The notes: generated by a model from the letters alone, not told the origin. A stretch of 64,000 nucleotides of DNA from Octopus vulgaris (GCA_951406725.2 OX597825.1:77252001-77316000); one strand, 5' to 3'. Shown: positions 12,967-27,984, counted from the first letter of the stretch. Numbers and translations: made by a program.

Positions 12967-13737
12967 ACTTTTACATAAAGAACGATGATGTACTGGTTTC
13001 CCACAATGTGTCTATTAACAAACTGAAGGATAAGGTAATCCAAACACAGTCCTCGAGTCGCTGGTTGCTGCATCGAAGACATCGAAATTTTTAGAAGAAT
13101 CGGTTTCTACTTGGATAGACAAAGTATTTTGGTGTAAGATGACTCTTTCTGTTTTATCTTTTACTTGTTTCAGTCATTTGACTGTGGCCATGCTGTAGCA
13201 CCGCCTTTAATCGAGCAAATCGACCCGAGGACTTATTCTTTGTAAGCCTAGAATTTATTCTAGCGTGTCTCTTTTGCCGAACCATTAATTTACGGGGACG
13301 TAAACACACCAGCATCAGTTGTTAAGCGATGTTGGGGAACAAACAGACACACACATACATATACACACACACACACATACATATATACATATATACGACT
13401 GGCTTCTTTCAGTTTACGTCTACCAAATCCGCTCACAAGGCTTTAACCGGCCCGAGGTTATAATAGAAGACACTTGGCCAAGATGCCACGCAGTAGACAG
13501 AACCCGGAACTATGTAGTTGATAAGCAAGCTACTTACCACACAGCCACTCCTACATGAATACTTTTACATAAAGAAGGATGATTTACTGGTTTGGACAAA
13601 GTGCCTATTAAGAAAATGAAGGTTAAGGTAATCCAAACACAGACCTGGAGTCGCTGGTTGGTGCATCGAAGACACCGAAATTTTTAGAAGAATCGGTTTC
13701 TAGTTGAATAGACAAAGTATTTTGGTGTGAGATGACT
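12967..13737 (+). repeat. ~178-bp direct repeat (12967-13144 and 13561-13737) flanking a SINE B copy
   Basis: acttttacataaagaa…gacaaagtattttggtgt(a/g)agatgact occurs twice, roughly 90% identical by eye. Confidence 0.9.
13145..13556 (-). mobile_element. SINE family B, full-length copy (~400 bp, tRNA head, CORE-like ccttgggcaagt segment, internal microsatellite)
   Basis: Reverse complement of the + copy at 41594-42012; flanked by a ~178-bp direct repeat. Confidence 0.85.
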
Positions 13738-14009
13738 AATAATTCTTACTTAAAATTTATGACAGAAGGTTTCGATTTACGCAGAAACCTCTTTAAAAAC
13801 GAATGATGAACATATTTCAAACACCGAGGCAGTGACAGACATGATGGATCGGTACAGAAAGGGTTAGCTTGTTTACACGCTGCTCTATTCGACAACGGAA
13901 ACATCAAAGAATGATACAATATTTGAATGCCAGATTTCGTATCAACAATTTCTCACATTCTTCGTTATTCAGTGCAGTTCAGTTTAGTCCATCTTGAACG
14001 AAAGCCAGA

Positions 14010-14536
<527 letters not shown>

Positions 14537-14991
14537 TGCTAGGTGGTTTGACACAAAGAGTGTGTAGTAGCCTGCTGAATTGTTTTCAAGGACCGTTCAG
14601 CGAATTCAATACGATTGGAAAGCAGAAATATCATAATTAAGACTCATTCTCCGTAAACAGATGAAATTGACTTGAAGAAGGACGCAGAGAATAAACAGGA
14701 CAGAATAGGGGAACTATTAAGAAATGGATGGCTTCAACGTGTGTATATGTGTATATATGTATCTGTGTGTGTATGTGTATGATGTGTGTATATACATGCG
14801 TTTGTGAATGTGTATATATATGTGTATATATATATGTATATATATATATGCATGCGTGTGCGCGTATCCGTATACATATATATTTACGTTTATGTATGCA
14901 TCTATGTGTTTGTATGTTTTCACGTATATATATATCAAGAAAAATATTAAATAGTGCAATATGGTAGTATGGCTTTTTCTTTATACATATA

Positions 14992-15041
<50 letters not shown>

Positions 15042-15261
15042 TATACATATATGCATATATATACATACATATATATATATATGTGTATAGACACATATGC
15101 ATATATATGTGTTTGTATATTTGTACATGTGTATATGTATGTTTATATACCTATTAAGTGCACAGATATATTCCTATTTATTCGAAGCTGAGGCTATGTT
15201 TAGGTATAACTGTGTGTGAGAGGGAATGCGTGTGTTTGTACCCCACTTCCCCTCTCTCTCT

Positions 15262-15650
15262 AGGCGCAGATGTGGCTGTGTGCTAAGAAATTTGCTTCCG
15301 TACCACATGGTTCTGGGTTCAGACTCATTGCGTGGCACCTGATTAAGTGTTTTCTATCATAACCTCGGGTAGACCAACGCCTCGTGAGTGGGTTTGGTAG
15401 ACGGAAACTGAAAGAAGCCCGTCGTGTATACGTATACCTATATGTATAGGCATTTGTGTCTGTGTTTGTCCCTCTATCACCGCTAGATAGCCGATGTTGG
15501 TGTGTTTACGTACACATAATTTAGCAGTTCGGCAAAAGCGACCCATAAAATAAGTACTAGGCTTAAAAAAAAGTTCTGGTGTCGACTAAATCCCTTGAAG
15601 AAGGTGCTCCAGCATGGCTGCAGTGAAATGAATGAAAGATGTAAAAGAAT
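15262..15650 (+). mobile_element. SINE family B copy
   Basis: aggcgcagatgtggctgtgtgctaag…ggtagacggaaactgaaagaagcccgtcg…gctccagcatggctgcagt. Confidence 0.85.
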
Positions 15651-16379
15651 AAAATAATATATAAACATATGCATGTGTGGGACAGGAAGGGAAACTACAC
15701 TGAAGCCGCATAACTGAAAGTTCGAGAAGCTCGTTTGGGAGCCACCTGATCCCAAGTTCACCCCCAGAAACCGGGATGAGCATCAAATGTATTCTGCTCG
15801 TAATTCGAGCTCCCAACATTTATCATGCACCATCTTCTCGCACTAATTCCGACTTGAAAGCTACGTTAAACCTGCACGTGTATGTGGAATACTCGGCCAT
15901 ACAGACGACATTTTAATGCGTAAGAGATCCAGCTGACCGAACAACTGAAAGCTGAATCACTGTCGAAACTGGTGGAGATCCATTTGGTTTACGATGTGTG
16001 AGTTTCCGTTGTTTTTATGCTTTTCTCTCTTATTTTGGAGAGTGGATGTGATGAGTGATGACAACAGAAATGGAAAGCCTCTTTATTTTACGTTCGACAA
16101 TTACGACCGACAAGAGAATATTTCTTGTATATCATCATCATCATCATCATAGTCATCGTCGTTGTTTTTTATTTGTTTTTGTTGTTATTAAGGCGGTAAC
16201 CTGGCAGATCTTTAGCACCGTGGGAAAAATGCTTAGCCACATTTCGTCTGTCTTTACGTTTAGAGTTCAAATTCCACTGAGGTGTCGACTTAGCCTTTCG
16301 TCCTTTCGAGATCGATAAAGTAATCGACTTACTCCCTCCCCTGAACTTGCTGGACTTGCGCCAAAATTTCAAGCTATTA

Positions 16380-16490
<111 letters not shown>

Positions 16491-16491
16491 T

Positions 16492-17096
16492 TGAGTGAGA
16501 GAGTAGTTCATGCCATCAAAGTGACACTGGGGTAAAATATACGAAGCCCAATATACGCATCATGACTACCCGTCTGATAAGGGTACACCAGGCACATGCA
16601 TCACAACCATATGTGCGCAACATGGTGATATCATATCAAGATAAACAGCACATGATCTTGCAGGTGGGGCCCAGTTAGAATTTTCTTCTGGTCGAGTAGC
16701 TCATCCCGCTCAAAAGGTCCCTGAATAAGGATAGTTTAAAGATGTTGAACGAAACACCCATGTTTCCAAAGGTGTATTATCTAAAGCTCTAAGAATTCCA
16801 CTACTTCTGCTCATGATCAGAGATGCACATATCGTCAGCCACTAAGAGACATGGTCAACTGGTTAATGTCAAACAACTGACAAGCAAATCTGTGGTATTG
16901 AGCAGAATATTTGCTCAATACCAAGACAAAACAATGTACATGATATCACTTCCAATCAGTATACATTAAAAGCCATGAGAGTCACTGTCTGGTACTGCAT
17001 CAGGGCAGATACTGCATCAGAGCAGATACTGCATCAGGGCAGATACTGCATCAGGGCAAAGGTAATGAATCAGGGCAAAAGTACTGCATCAGGGCA
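16492..17096 (-). mobile_element. Family E non-coding repeat, full-length (~600 bp), inside a (TAA)/(TAC) tract, with a tandemly amplified 17-bp terminus
   Basis: Four copies in the window. actgcatcagggcagat-like units are repeated at ~16994-17096. Confidence 0.85.
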
Positions 17097-17097
17097 A

Positions 17098-17154
<57 letters not shown>

Positions 17155-17470
17155 CATTTTATTATTTGTCGTTGTTGTTAAGCTTTTGTTGGTTTTTGAT
17201 TTTTGCTGCTGTCATAATTCACTAATAAAATTTCAATGATTATTTTGTTTTCCTCGACCACTCACCAATCACCAATTATAATTCACAATCAACTCTCCCT
17301 ACATAAAACTGCCGCGTCAATTGTACTTCAACCGCAGCAGGCGTTTTGTCTCCCAGACGGCTTGCTTGACGTATTTAGCTATCGATATGATATCACAGAA
17401 GCGCTCGGACGCGATAAAGTGTGTCCGCCATATTTCTATTTGGTATTTACTATGAAAATGAACATGTCAT

Positions 17471-17556
<86 letters not shown>

Positions 17557-17930
17557 TCTTAGATTTTGCTGTTTTCTTTTGTTTTGCTATCTGTTCCAAT
17601 ATATTTGTATTCTGTGCTTTCGAAGTGAAAATATTAGTCTCAGAATTGCTTTTGCTGAATTCTGTACATCCATATATATATTTAATTCTTTAAAAATTTT
17701 ATTTGAATATTTTTACTGGTTGCAGTCATTACACTGCGGCCACCTTTCTGAAGGTTCTGTTTGCAGTCAGTGATTTTAATCGATAAAAATCAAATTGTCT
17801 GCAATTACCTTAGTCTGGTGTTTAATTCATCGATCCTTATGTATCATGAATTGGAAAGATTACATTTAAAAAAAAATATCACAGAAACGGACGCAGCTGA
17901 AGACACGGTTTTACATCAGTATACACACAC

Positions 17931-17968
<38 letters not shown>

Positions 17969-18169
17969 CGAAAAGAATATTTCTTGCATATCATCAACAT
18001 CATCATCATCATCATAGTCGTCGTCGTTGTTGTTTTTGTTGTTGTTCTTAAGGCGGTAAGCTGGCAGAATCGTTAGCACGCTGGGCAAAATGTTTAGCTA
18101 CATTTCGCTTGTCTTTGCGTTTTGAGTTCAAATTCCACTGAGGTGTTGACTTAGCCTTTCATCCTTTAG

Positions 18170-18380
18170 GATTTTCTACAGAAGTGTTGTTTTATATAGC
18201 ATTAAGAACACGCGGGTTTCTAATAAAACTATATTCAACTAGTCTGTAGAACTAACGAGTTTTTACCGAAAACTGTTTAATTAGCCTAGAGAACATACGT
18301 GTTTCTTCCAAAATAAAGTTAAATTAGTCTAGTAAGCTTACGAGTTTCTATTAAAACGTTGTTTTGGGGTAGTCTAAATC
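18170..18380. repeat. Degenerate ~44-bp tandem repeat (4-5 units)
   Basis: Recurrent tagtct….gaac..acg.gtttct…aaaac motif. Confidence 0.6.
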
Positions 18381-18547
18381 TCATGCTATTTTAAGCATGC
18401 TCGAAACGTCGTATTTTGAGTTCAACCCCACCTCGCGTCATATACTCTGATTCAAAGTCACATTTTGTAACGTGTATGTAAATTGCCTTGACCCAGGAAA
18501 GGAAGTGAGTCTCTACATGGTCATTCAGTCAGTTAGAATAACCGTAT

Positions 18548-18732
18548 CAGGACAATTACCCCCCATAGGACAGTTCACCCCGACGATAACTACCCCCGTA
18601 GGAAAATTACCTCACTTGGTTAATTACCCCCTCTCCAATATATTAAGAAGTTTTATATCATCATCTGGTGTCTTCAGGTGCAATTGTCCTTGGGAGGGGG
18701 TATTGTCCATGGGGATAGGGTAAATGTCCTAG
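18548..18732. mobile_element. MITE-like element with inverted arrays of short subterminal repeats
   Basis: Left side has ggacaattaccccc-like units; right side has gggggtattgtcc / gggtaaatgtcct units in reverse orientation. Confidence 0.6.
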
Positions 18733-19446
18733 ATTCAAAATAACAGCCAGATTCCTATCAAATCATAAAACATACTAGCATATTTTTCTAAACAAAAACA
18801 AGAAAGACTAAAAAAAAAATGGGCGGACATATTGGATAATGTAGTCCTTGGAACGCTATGGCCGGAAATTAGATGGCTAGAACGGTCATTGGCTTGAACG
18901 CCCTGAAAGTTATACAACAATAATAATAACAACAACAACAACAGCAACAGAAACTGTGACGGCGATATGCGCTGAGACGTCATCTGATAACTAATTAACC
19001 GAAAGTTAAAATATCCTTCTGAATAATGCTGTAGTTTTTGCATTTAGATGCTATTTCGTGTTGATAGCTGTATCTGATATATCGATAGAGTTAATTAGGG
19101 CAGATTTTTAACAGATTAAACAAATAGGTTAACGAATAACAGCGAAAGAAGCGGAGGAGGATGCGGTGAGAGTGATGAGTGATGAATGAATAAATAAGAG
19201 CGTCATTAATCTTTGTTGTAAGAGTAGATTATATCATGAAGGAGAAGAAGGAGGGGAAGAGTGAGCGAGGGAGAGAGAGAGTGACAGAGTAAGAGAGTGT
19301 GTGTGGGAGAGAGAAAAGAGAGAGGGAGACAGCGTGTGTGTGTTTGAAAAGGGGGAGATGAGAGAGGATAGGAAAGACGAATAATTAACCAGCTTAAAGG
19401 AAACTCGTTTTTTCTGATTACGTACTCACACGTGATTACAAACTCA

Positions 19447-19622
<176 letters not shown>

Positions 19623-19912
19623 TAAATGTTACATGACGTGTATGCATGTCACTATATCTGTCTCTATCTTTATTAATATTTAGCAGAAATAGCAGAATGA
19701 CTCAAGTTTCGTGACTTAGCAATTATCGAACTTGATAAATGCTAAAGCACGAAGCTTTCGGCCATTGAGTCACTCTGTTGCTTCGGCTAAATATTAATAA
19801 AAATATGTATTTACTCATATTTAGAGTTCAATTTTTCCTGTTTGTATCACCAAAACTATAGCTGTATATATGTATCGTATCTATCTATTATTTCTTTCTC
19901 TCTCTCTCTCTC

Positions 19913-19950
<38 letters not shown>

Positions 19951-19955
<5 letters not shown>

Positions 19956-20220
19956 ACATGGACCAACCAAAATTATTAATACAATTTACAGCTCATATCT
20001 CCAAAATCTTTGACTATTTTGTTTCTAATTGAAAAGAGGGAATCTTTCCCGAAATATTATTGGATAATTAACCTGCATAACGTAACATAAAATGTTGACA
20101 TTACCTTACATATTTTACCTGACACCTCACCTTTATAACTCAAAGGTTTTTCAAACGTATCGTTTATATATGTGCGTATATGTGTACGTACACGAATATG
20201 TATGTATGTACGTATGTATG

Positions 20221-20251
<31 letters not shown>

Positions 20252-20284
20252 GTATGTAAGTATGTATGTATGTATGTATATATG

Positions 20285-20328
<44 letters not shown>

Positions 20329-20340
20329 AACATACATACA

Positions 20341-20371
<31 letters not shown>

Positions 20372-20617
20372 TCGTGTACGTACACATATACGCACATATA
20401 TAAACGATACATTTGAAAAACCTTTGAGTTATAAAGGTGAGGTGTCAGGTAAAATATGTAAGGTAATGTCAACATATTATGTTACCTTATGCAGGTTTAA
20501 TTATCCAATAATATTTCGGGAAAGATTCCCTCTTTTCAATTAGAAACAAAATAGTCAAAGATTTTGGAGATATGCGCTGTAAACTGTATTAATAATTTTG
20601 GTTGGTCCAGGTAGGTA
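19951..20617. repeat. Large palindrome: ~250-bp unique inverted arms around a (TATG)n-(TA)n-(CATA)n centre
   Basis: 19951-20200 is the reverse complement of 20367-20617 with only a few mismatches. Confidence 0.93.
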
Positions 20618-20849
20618 GCATCAGTTGCAGATTCTGTATCAGTTGAGGTGTGGCAATAGCAGTATGTATTAAGTGGCGAAACGTAATAAGTTAGCGTTCT
20701 TGTGTGAAGAAATGATGAGAAAGTTGCTAGACAATAGCTGGACATGAAGTCATTAGGTCAAGTATTTGGGGAATTCCTTTGTTTAAAAAAATGTAAGTGG
20801 TCGGGATGTGGTGAATGTGTCTGAGAAATAACTTAGAAAAATGAGCAAA

Positions 20850-21567
20850 CGTAGCCTTGAAACATGGACATTTTTTGTTGAGGTTGTCAAAACTTTTTTT
20901 TGGAAACCTCAAAACTGAAAACCGCCCTGAGCTCGTAGAAAACATGCTTAAATCTTACGAAAAAATGAGATGCAGAATGTCTTTGAAAATGCATTTTTTA
21001 CATTCTCATCTTGACGTCTTCTCGGTGAACATTGAAGCTGTGAGTGACGAGCATGGTGAGTGCTTTCACCAACAGATCTCAATTATGGAGAGCAGATACC
21101 AAGGTAATTTCGACCCAAATATGATGGGAGATTATTGTTGGTTCCTGCAGATGGAGAGCTCTTCATCCTACAACAGACAAAGGAAGAGGAAAGGCCAAAG
21201 TTTCACTTAAGAACAGGAAGTTGCTTTCAGTAGCAACAACAATATACTAATGAGGTTTGGGTGAATGGTTAGGCGCAGGAGGGGGTGGGGGTGTAACTCC
21301 GCCATCAGAATTCCTCTGTCTGTCTTAAACCTGTTCATTAATTATTTAAGTATGCTTAACATAAAACGTGGCCCAGAAAAGTACTTCGTTATAGAAGCGG
21401 GGGAGAGAAAAAATTAAAAATAAGGGATTTCGGTTACACAAGATCTGGACGTGAAAGGGAAATTTAGATAACAGATATGAAATTAGCATCAGAAACTTAG
21501 TCAGAATTAGTAATTTACGCGTCTGCAAAAAAGAAAAAAACAAAAAGTTTGAAATTTGTTGCTTAGT
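20850..21567 (+). mobile_element. Chapaev(3)-like DNA transposon remnant: transposase C-terminus and probable 3' end
   Basis: FFGNLKTENRPELVENMLKSYEKMRCRMSLKMHFLHSHLDVFSVNIEAVSDEHGECFHQQISIMESRYQGNFDPNMMGDYCWFL matches the MSLKIHFLHSHLDFFP.NLGAVSDEHGERFHQDI…YQG…M.ADYCW motif recalled for Chapaev3 transposases. The 3' end near gaaatttgttgcttagt is tentative. Confidence 0.75.
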
Positions 21568-21707
21568 ATAATTAGTGTAATTAGCAATTTTGTCTTTATA
21601 TCATCTTATCTTTGAGTTACGAAGTTACGGAGAGGTAAACAAATGAAAACCGTCTGCCAAGTGAGGGGCGGTAGCAGAGACACAAACGCACACACACACA
21701 CGTACAC

Positions 21708-21772
<65 letters not shown>

Positions 21773-22557
21773 TATAAGTAGCTTGTACATAGATTCTATC
21801 TGCCGAATTCACTCGTAGGGCATTATTGGTCGGCCCGGGGTGGGGTACCTTGGAAGACATTTGCCCAAGTTGCCGCGTTGTCGGACTGAAATGAATCCGA
21901 AAACACGTGACTGCAAAACGAGCGGCAAAAGTTCTTAAGAAAATGCATTACGCGTTCATATGTTTCCTCTTCATGTGCAAAACACGTGATGCATTCAATC
22001 ATTTACATGCAAATCTAGTGATTACTTACGATGGTCAGCATGTGGACGAAACACGTGCCAATAAGGAATTTGGTCATTCACCTTGTAGTTTCGTTGTTGA
22101 TGAATAAATAACAAAATGGCTATGGTTTTTAAAATTTATTTTTCATTAAGTTCCTTCTTTCTGACTTTTGTTATTTTCGCAAATTCCTTGTGTGGGAAAT
22201 AAATGATTTCATCCAGCTGTAATTTGGTAATTCTTCAATGATCGAGACGCCAAAAGTTCAGTTATGCATTACAGTTCCATCTCCAATGTATATATATATA
22301 TACATATATAAGGTGCTTCTTCCAGTTTCCGTTTACCAAATCCAACCACAAGGTTATGGTCGGCCCGAGGCTATAGTAGAAGACACTTACCCAAGGTACC
22401 ACGCAGTGCGACTGAACCAGGAACCATGTGGGTGGGAAGCAAACTTCTTACCAGACAGTTTTGCCTGCGCCTATATGTATATATATATTCTTTCACGTAA
22501 CATACATATTTATATATACACACATGCGCCAACACGCACACACACACACAGACACAG

Positions 22558-22610
<53 letters not shown>

Positions 22611-23561
22611 CAGTATGTACTTTGAAATGTAACTGTGTGCCAATATCTATGTATTACGATTGGATAAGGTCAATAGGATTAACAAATTGCGCACATCTCA
22701 TGAAGAATTGCAGTAAATGTTAGTTTCAGACGTGGAAAGAGAGAGAGAGAGAGAGAGAGAGAAATTGAGAAGATAGGGGAGAGAGAGATAGAGGGAGAGA
22801 GTGCCAGACAAACAGACAGAAAGAAGGCCAGAGAAGTGGGAGTGAGAAATAGGAAAAGAAAGAGTAGAAGAAAGAGGGGGGAAAAAGATGTGATTCAAAA
22901 GAGAAAGGCAATTGTGGTGATGAATGTTGAGTGGAATTAATGAATAAAGATTAATTAACAGGAAGGAAGTCTTAAAAATTTTAAACAAAACATCGATCGA
23001 TCATTACAACGTAATATAATTTTATTTAAATGATCACAACAGAAATGATAGGACCGTCATTATTCTCCATAACATTTCTCAGTTGGCGGCCATTTTGTTT
23101 ATTGGTAGTGTTATACAAATGGTTTAAATATATATACATACATACGTACATACATGCATGCATATATATAAGTATGTATGTATAATTCATTAGTTTTGGG
23201 AATTTGTTTTATATAATGTACACTTTTATTCCAATTAAATATTCAACGATGCGTACACTCAGTCGAATACTAATGTTCTGTGACTATATGTATGTGTGTG
23301 TGTGTTCATATGTGCGTGTATAGATCTCATCCAGAGATTTAAAAGTAGTTATATATATGTATATATATGTGTGTGCTTATGTATATATATACATATGTGT
23401 GTGTGTTTTTTGTATATATATATATATATATATGCAAAAACACGCACATATGTATACATATATAAAACTAATTTTAAATTTCTGGATGAGGTATATATAT
23501 ATACACACACACATATATAAATACATACATACATATACATACATATATATATACAAATATA

Positions 23562-23602
<41 letters not shown>

Positions 23603-24650
23603 GTATCTATGTATGTATGTACGCGTGTACGTATATACACATACACCTGATGACAAACAATCATATATAACAAACGTATGCATATACACGTGCGTAGGCA
23701 TGTTTCAGTCTTTATACATTTGTGCATGTATGTCTGTGTGTCTTGACATTTGATTGTAAAGACAAGCCACCAAGATGTAACCTGTGTTCCATCTCGACAA
23801 GAACCAGATCTACTTATGAACTCACATGTCCGCTCTTTAAAAAAACGAGCATATTTAATTATCGTTTCTGCAACATGCACATGGCCTGGAATTATGGGTA
23901 AGAAGTCTAGTTGATGACAGCGACCGCAGTGCAAAACTGGTCCTTATTTCATCGACCCCGAAACGATGAATGGCAAAGTTGACTTCAGCGGAATTTGAAC
24001 TCAGAACGTAAAGAGAGGCGAATGCCTTCTAACATTTTGTCCGGCCTTTATAACAACTCTACCACCACATGTAACGATGCAGTTCCAGAAATATATGTTA
24101 AAGTGAGGTGGATTGGCCAACTATGAAACTCCTTAGTGGTAATAAATCCAATAAACCTCTATTAGAAGACATTTTCATTTTGTATTCCTAAGACTACACA
24201 TTGCCCAGCATGTCCTTCTGTCTTTCATAACTGTTGGATTTTGGTATATGGGAAATTTGGCTGTTATTTCTAGCAGACCAAGCTGTCATGTATACTAATA
24301 TATTGTTAGCAAATGTCTGTACAGGTTAATGGTGCTGCTAACAACTTTTCCGATTCTTCAACCTGAATAAACGGTGGGCTTCCGGTGGTTTCGACGATGC
24401 TGATTTAGCTGTCCGATAATCCGAATTCCCTCGGGTGAAATTCATTTGTAGGTAGCTAAGTATTCTGATGATACCTGTGTCTTTCGCACGTAATACTTAA
24501 AACCACGTCCTCTTGTTGTCCCTTAATTTTATAATTCATTTTTTTTGTAGTCATTGTTTATTTAATTGACTATATATATAATATATGTGTGTATGTGTTC
24601 ATATATACATATATACATACATACATGCATGCATGTATACACGCGCACAC

Positions 24651-24733
<83 letters not shown>

Positions 24734-24744
24734 TATATTGGGCC

Positions 24745-24973
24745 CTTTTAAAGCCTAGCCAGGCTCATGGGCCCGGTTTCTATGGCATATGTGTTCCCCA
24801 GCTGGACAGGACGTCAGTTCATCGCAGCGTTACTCACTTTTGCCAGCTGAGTGGACTGGAGCAACGTGAAATGAAGTGTTTTGCTCAAGAACACAACGCG
24901 TCGCCCGGTCCAGGAATCGAAACCACAATCTTACGATCAAGGTGCTGACACCCTAACCACTAAGCCACGCGCC

Positions 24974-24976
<3 letters not shown>
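24745..24976 (-). mobile_element. tRNA-headed SINE family D variant, well preserved
   Basis: Minus strand reads ggcgcgtggcttagtggttagggtgtc…ggtttcgattcctggaccggg (A and B boxes), then ttcttgagcaaaacacttcatttcacgttgctccagtccactcagctg. Confidence 0.8.
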
Positions 24977-25020
<44 letters not shown>

Positions 25021-25901
25021 TCAGCATTATTTCGTGAAAGATTGGTATGAAAGTAATCGTAAACATGTGATGCCTGCTGGAGTTGTGAACTTTTACACCA
25101 AAATAAATTACAAACCAGTCTAATAAACTACACGAGCAATATTTAAAATGAAAAACAAATATGAAACAGCTCCAACGAAAACATATAATCCCGATAAAAA
25201 AAAATAAGCACAAAATAAATATTTCAAATATATATCTTTTGAAGTTTTCACAGTCCTATTGGTATCTGTTGTTTGTCCGGAAATTGAATAAATTTTATCG
25301 TTTAATAAAAATAAGCTAATAAATAAGTATATAAAGTATCATGTATAAAGTTTCTATTAAAGTACAAAATGTCATTCTGCGTTTTTGAAATTTGATTTTT
25401 TTTTATTGATAATGATAATTTACTTATAAGCTGAGAAGTGAAGAAAAAAACTAAAAGAGGAAATTTTGTACATTAACCTAAAAATATATTTCGTTTGATT
25501 TTTTTTTTTGATTTTTGTGAAAGTATTTGAAAAATCTCATGCAAATATCGTTTTTGGTACCATATTAATAAACTATGATAATAATAGTTTCAAATTTTGG
25601 CGCAAGGCCAGCGACTTCGGGAGTCGAGGCAAGTCGATTACATCGACCCAAGTACGCAACTGGTACTTTTATCTCGAAAGGATAAAAGGTAAAGTCGACC
25701 TCAGCCGAATTTGAACTCTGAAAGCACGCATTTTGCCCGGGGTGCCAATGATTTCCTCCAACTCGTTGTCTTAGTAATAAAAAACAACCAAATATATGGC
25801 ACACTAGGCATAACAACAACGTGAAATTCCAACCTGTTGTCTCTTGAGGTATCTGGGTGAGACTTGGAGCCAACTTGTACAAATATAAAGCAAAATCAAA
25901 C

Positions 25902-25977
<76 letters not shown>

Positions 25978-27073
25978 CCTTTCTACTAAAGGCACAGGCC
26001 TGAAATTTGGGGGAAGAGACTAGGCAGTTACATTAACCCCAGTGTTGCACAGGTATTTAAATTATCAACCTCGAAAGGATGAAAGGTAAAGTCGACCTCA
26101 GCAGAATTTGAACTCAGAAAGTCTCCGTTTTGAGTCTGACGCCGTATGGGAAGATGAATGGAGGCATAACGTTGCCATCTATTTGATGTTGACTGGATGT
26201 TTGATTCCTATCACTCTCGGTCTATGTCCTCAGATTGACACCTAAACAGACTGATATGTTCATATTGAAGCCTCGGGTACGAATGCCAAGCAGTACAGCA
26301 CGTCATTTCCAAATTTCTGGCAGTGAATTGCTTTCGTGGTACTGTTTTTCTCATAGACGGCGCCCAACTGACCCTACTCTACTGTGTATCTGACAAAATC
26401 AAAAACAAACAATGCAAATCCACGAAATTGAAAATATAAAATGGCGACAATTTACCTATCACACCTGTATATATATATATATAGTTTGAGGTTATAAGAG
26501 GTAATGGTGCCATTGAGACCCAAAGGTGTCAGGTAATGCTGAATAAGTGCATATAGACAGACCATAGTTAAGTACCAGATTCGGTAATTTTGCGAATAAG
26601 GGGTTCAGCGTTGCTCATATGTCAGCGTGTGTATATAAGAATTTTTTGCGTAATGAGATAAAAAATCCCAAGGCTGTGTAGATATTAGAACAGTTGTAGA
26701 TAGAAGGTCTTACAGATGTTTCAGGGATATTTATTAATTATATTACTTCATCGGAGACGGTGTGAGAGGATGGTTAAGTAGTAGTTAGTTTAGACAGGAT
26801 ACAAAATAGAGAGTGAGGTGAAGGAAAGAAAATAGATGTGAGATATGTAGGGATATTGAATTTGTAGATTCATTTCCTGGGCAGAATGGTATATATGTAA
26901 GATTCCAATACCCTATAAGTAAAATCCTACAGAATTTAAAATGGGTCCTTCCAAATATAGAATTTATACACAATTGGAATCTTACATTGTGTATAAACTC
27001 TATATTCTGAATGTGAAGAGATTAAGCTCTTATTTCTAGCAGCATAAGCTTAATCTCTGTACTGTTACATAAA

Positions 27074-27472
27074 TCTTTATATATAAAAGTGAGGTTGTGT
27101 GCTGTCTGTCTCCTACGATTTAGATTCCTAACTACTCCCACATTTTGCGGTGCAGTTTAACCAAAACCGGGTATCTTATAGTCGTGATTCATATCGAGCT
27201 CTTCTGGGTATTAGCGCGCGTCTACGATGAGTCTACGATTAAAAAAAAAATTACCATCAATTTTTCCCATTTTTAATGCATTTTTGGCATATATAAGGGA
27301 AGTAACTCTTTAAAAATTTATTATTAAATCTCAGAACGTAAAAAGCTACAGTAACCTAAAATTTCCCTTTGCGGTTAGCCATATTGAGATGGCTATTATA
27401 CTTTACATCTCTAAAAATGCTTATATAGTTATTTCCCTTACAAACCCGAGCAACGCCGGACGATACTGCTAG
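27074..27472 (+). mobile_element. Non-autonomous Helitron
   Basis: 5' a|TCtttatatataaaag, 3' GC-rich hairpin cccgagcaacgccgga followed by CTAG|t; inserted at an A|T site with no TSD; paralogue at 42031-42399. Confidence 0.85.
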
Positions 27473-27984
27473 TATTATATAAATATTTTGATAATTAATA
27501 ACTGGTTCAAAACGAACTGAAACTGTAAAATATTGATTATGGAATGTAACAGCTGTAATAATGCTTTGCGTTGTTCATGCGGACATTAAGTCACTACGTA
27601 ATCATGGCTAAGCTACTAAGTAAACATATACACATAAAGTACGCACACATACACACATACGTGTATATGAACGTATCTGTGTGAGAGAGAGAGAGAGACG
27701 AGGAGGAGGAGGGGGAGAGAGGGAGGGAGAAGTTGCATGCCCTTGTGTTTTGGGGGTCGCAATCGCGTTCGCAAGTTCGTGGTTTCGATTCCAAGACTGG
27801 CTGTACGTTGTGCTGTTGAGCAAAATGTCTCATCTCACGTTGCTACAGTTCACGCAGCTGCAAAACCTGCAACTGTGGGGAAGTGCACTGTGACCAGCGA
27901 TGTAGAACCACATCCGATAGTCCAATCGTGACACTGGTGTATACATACATACACACACACATACATACACATACACACACACAC

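Noticed and set aside
12500-14005. Possible hAT/Buster transposase fossil on the - strand
   Set aside because: Only vague resemblance in short hand-translated pieces with many stops and frameshifts; needs blastx.
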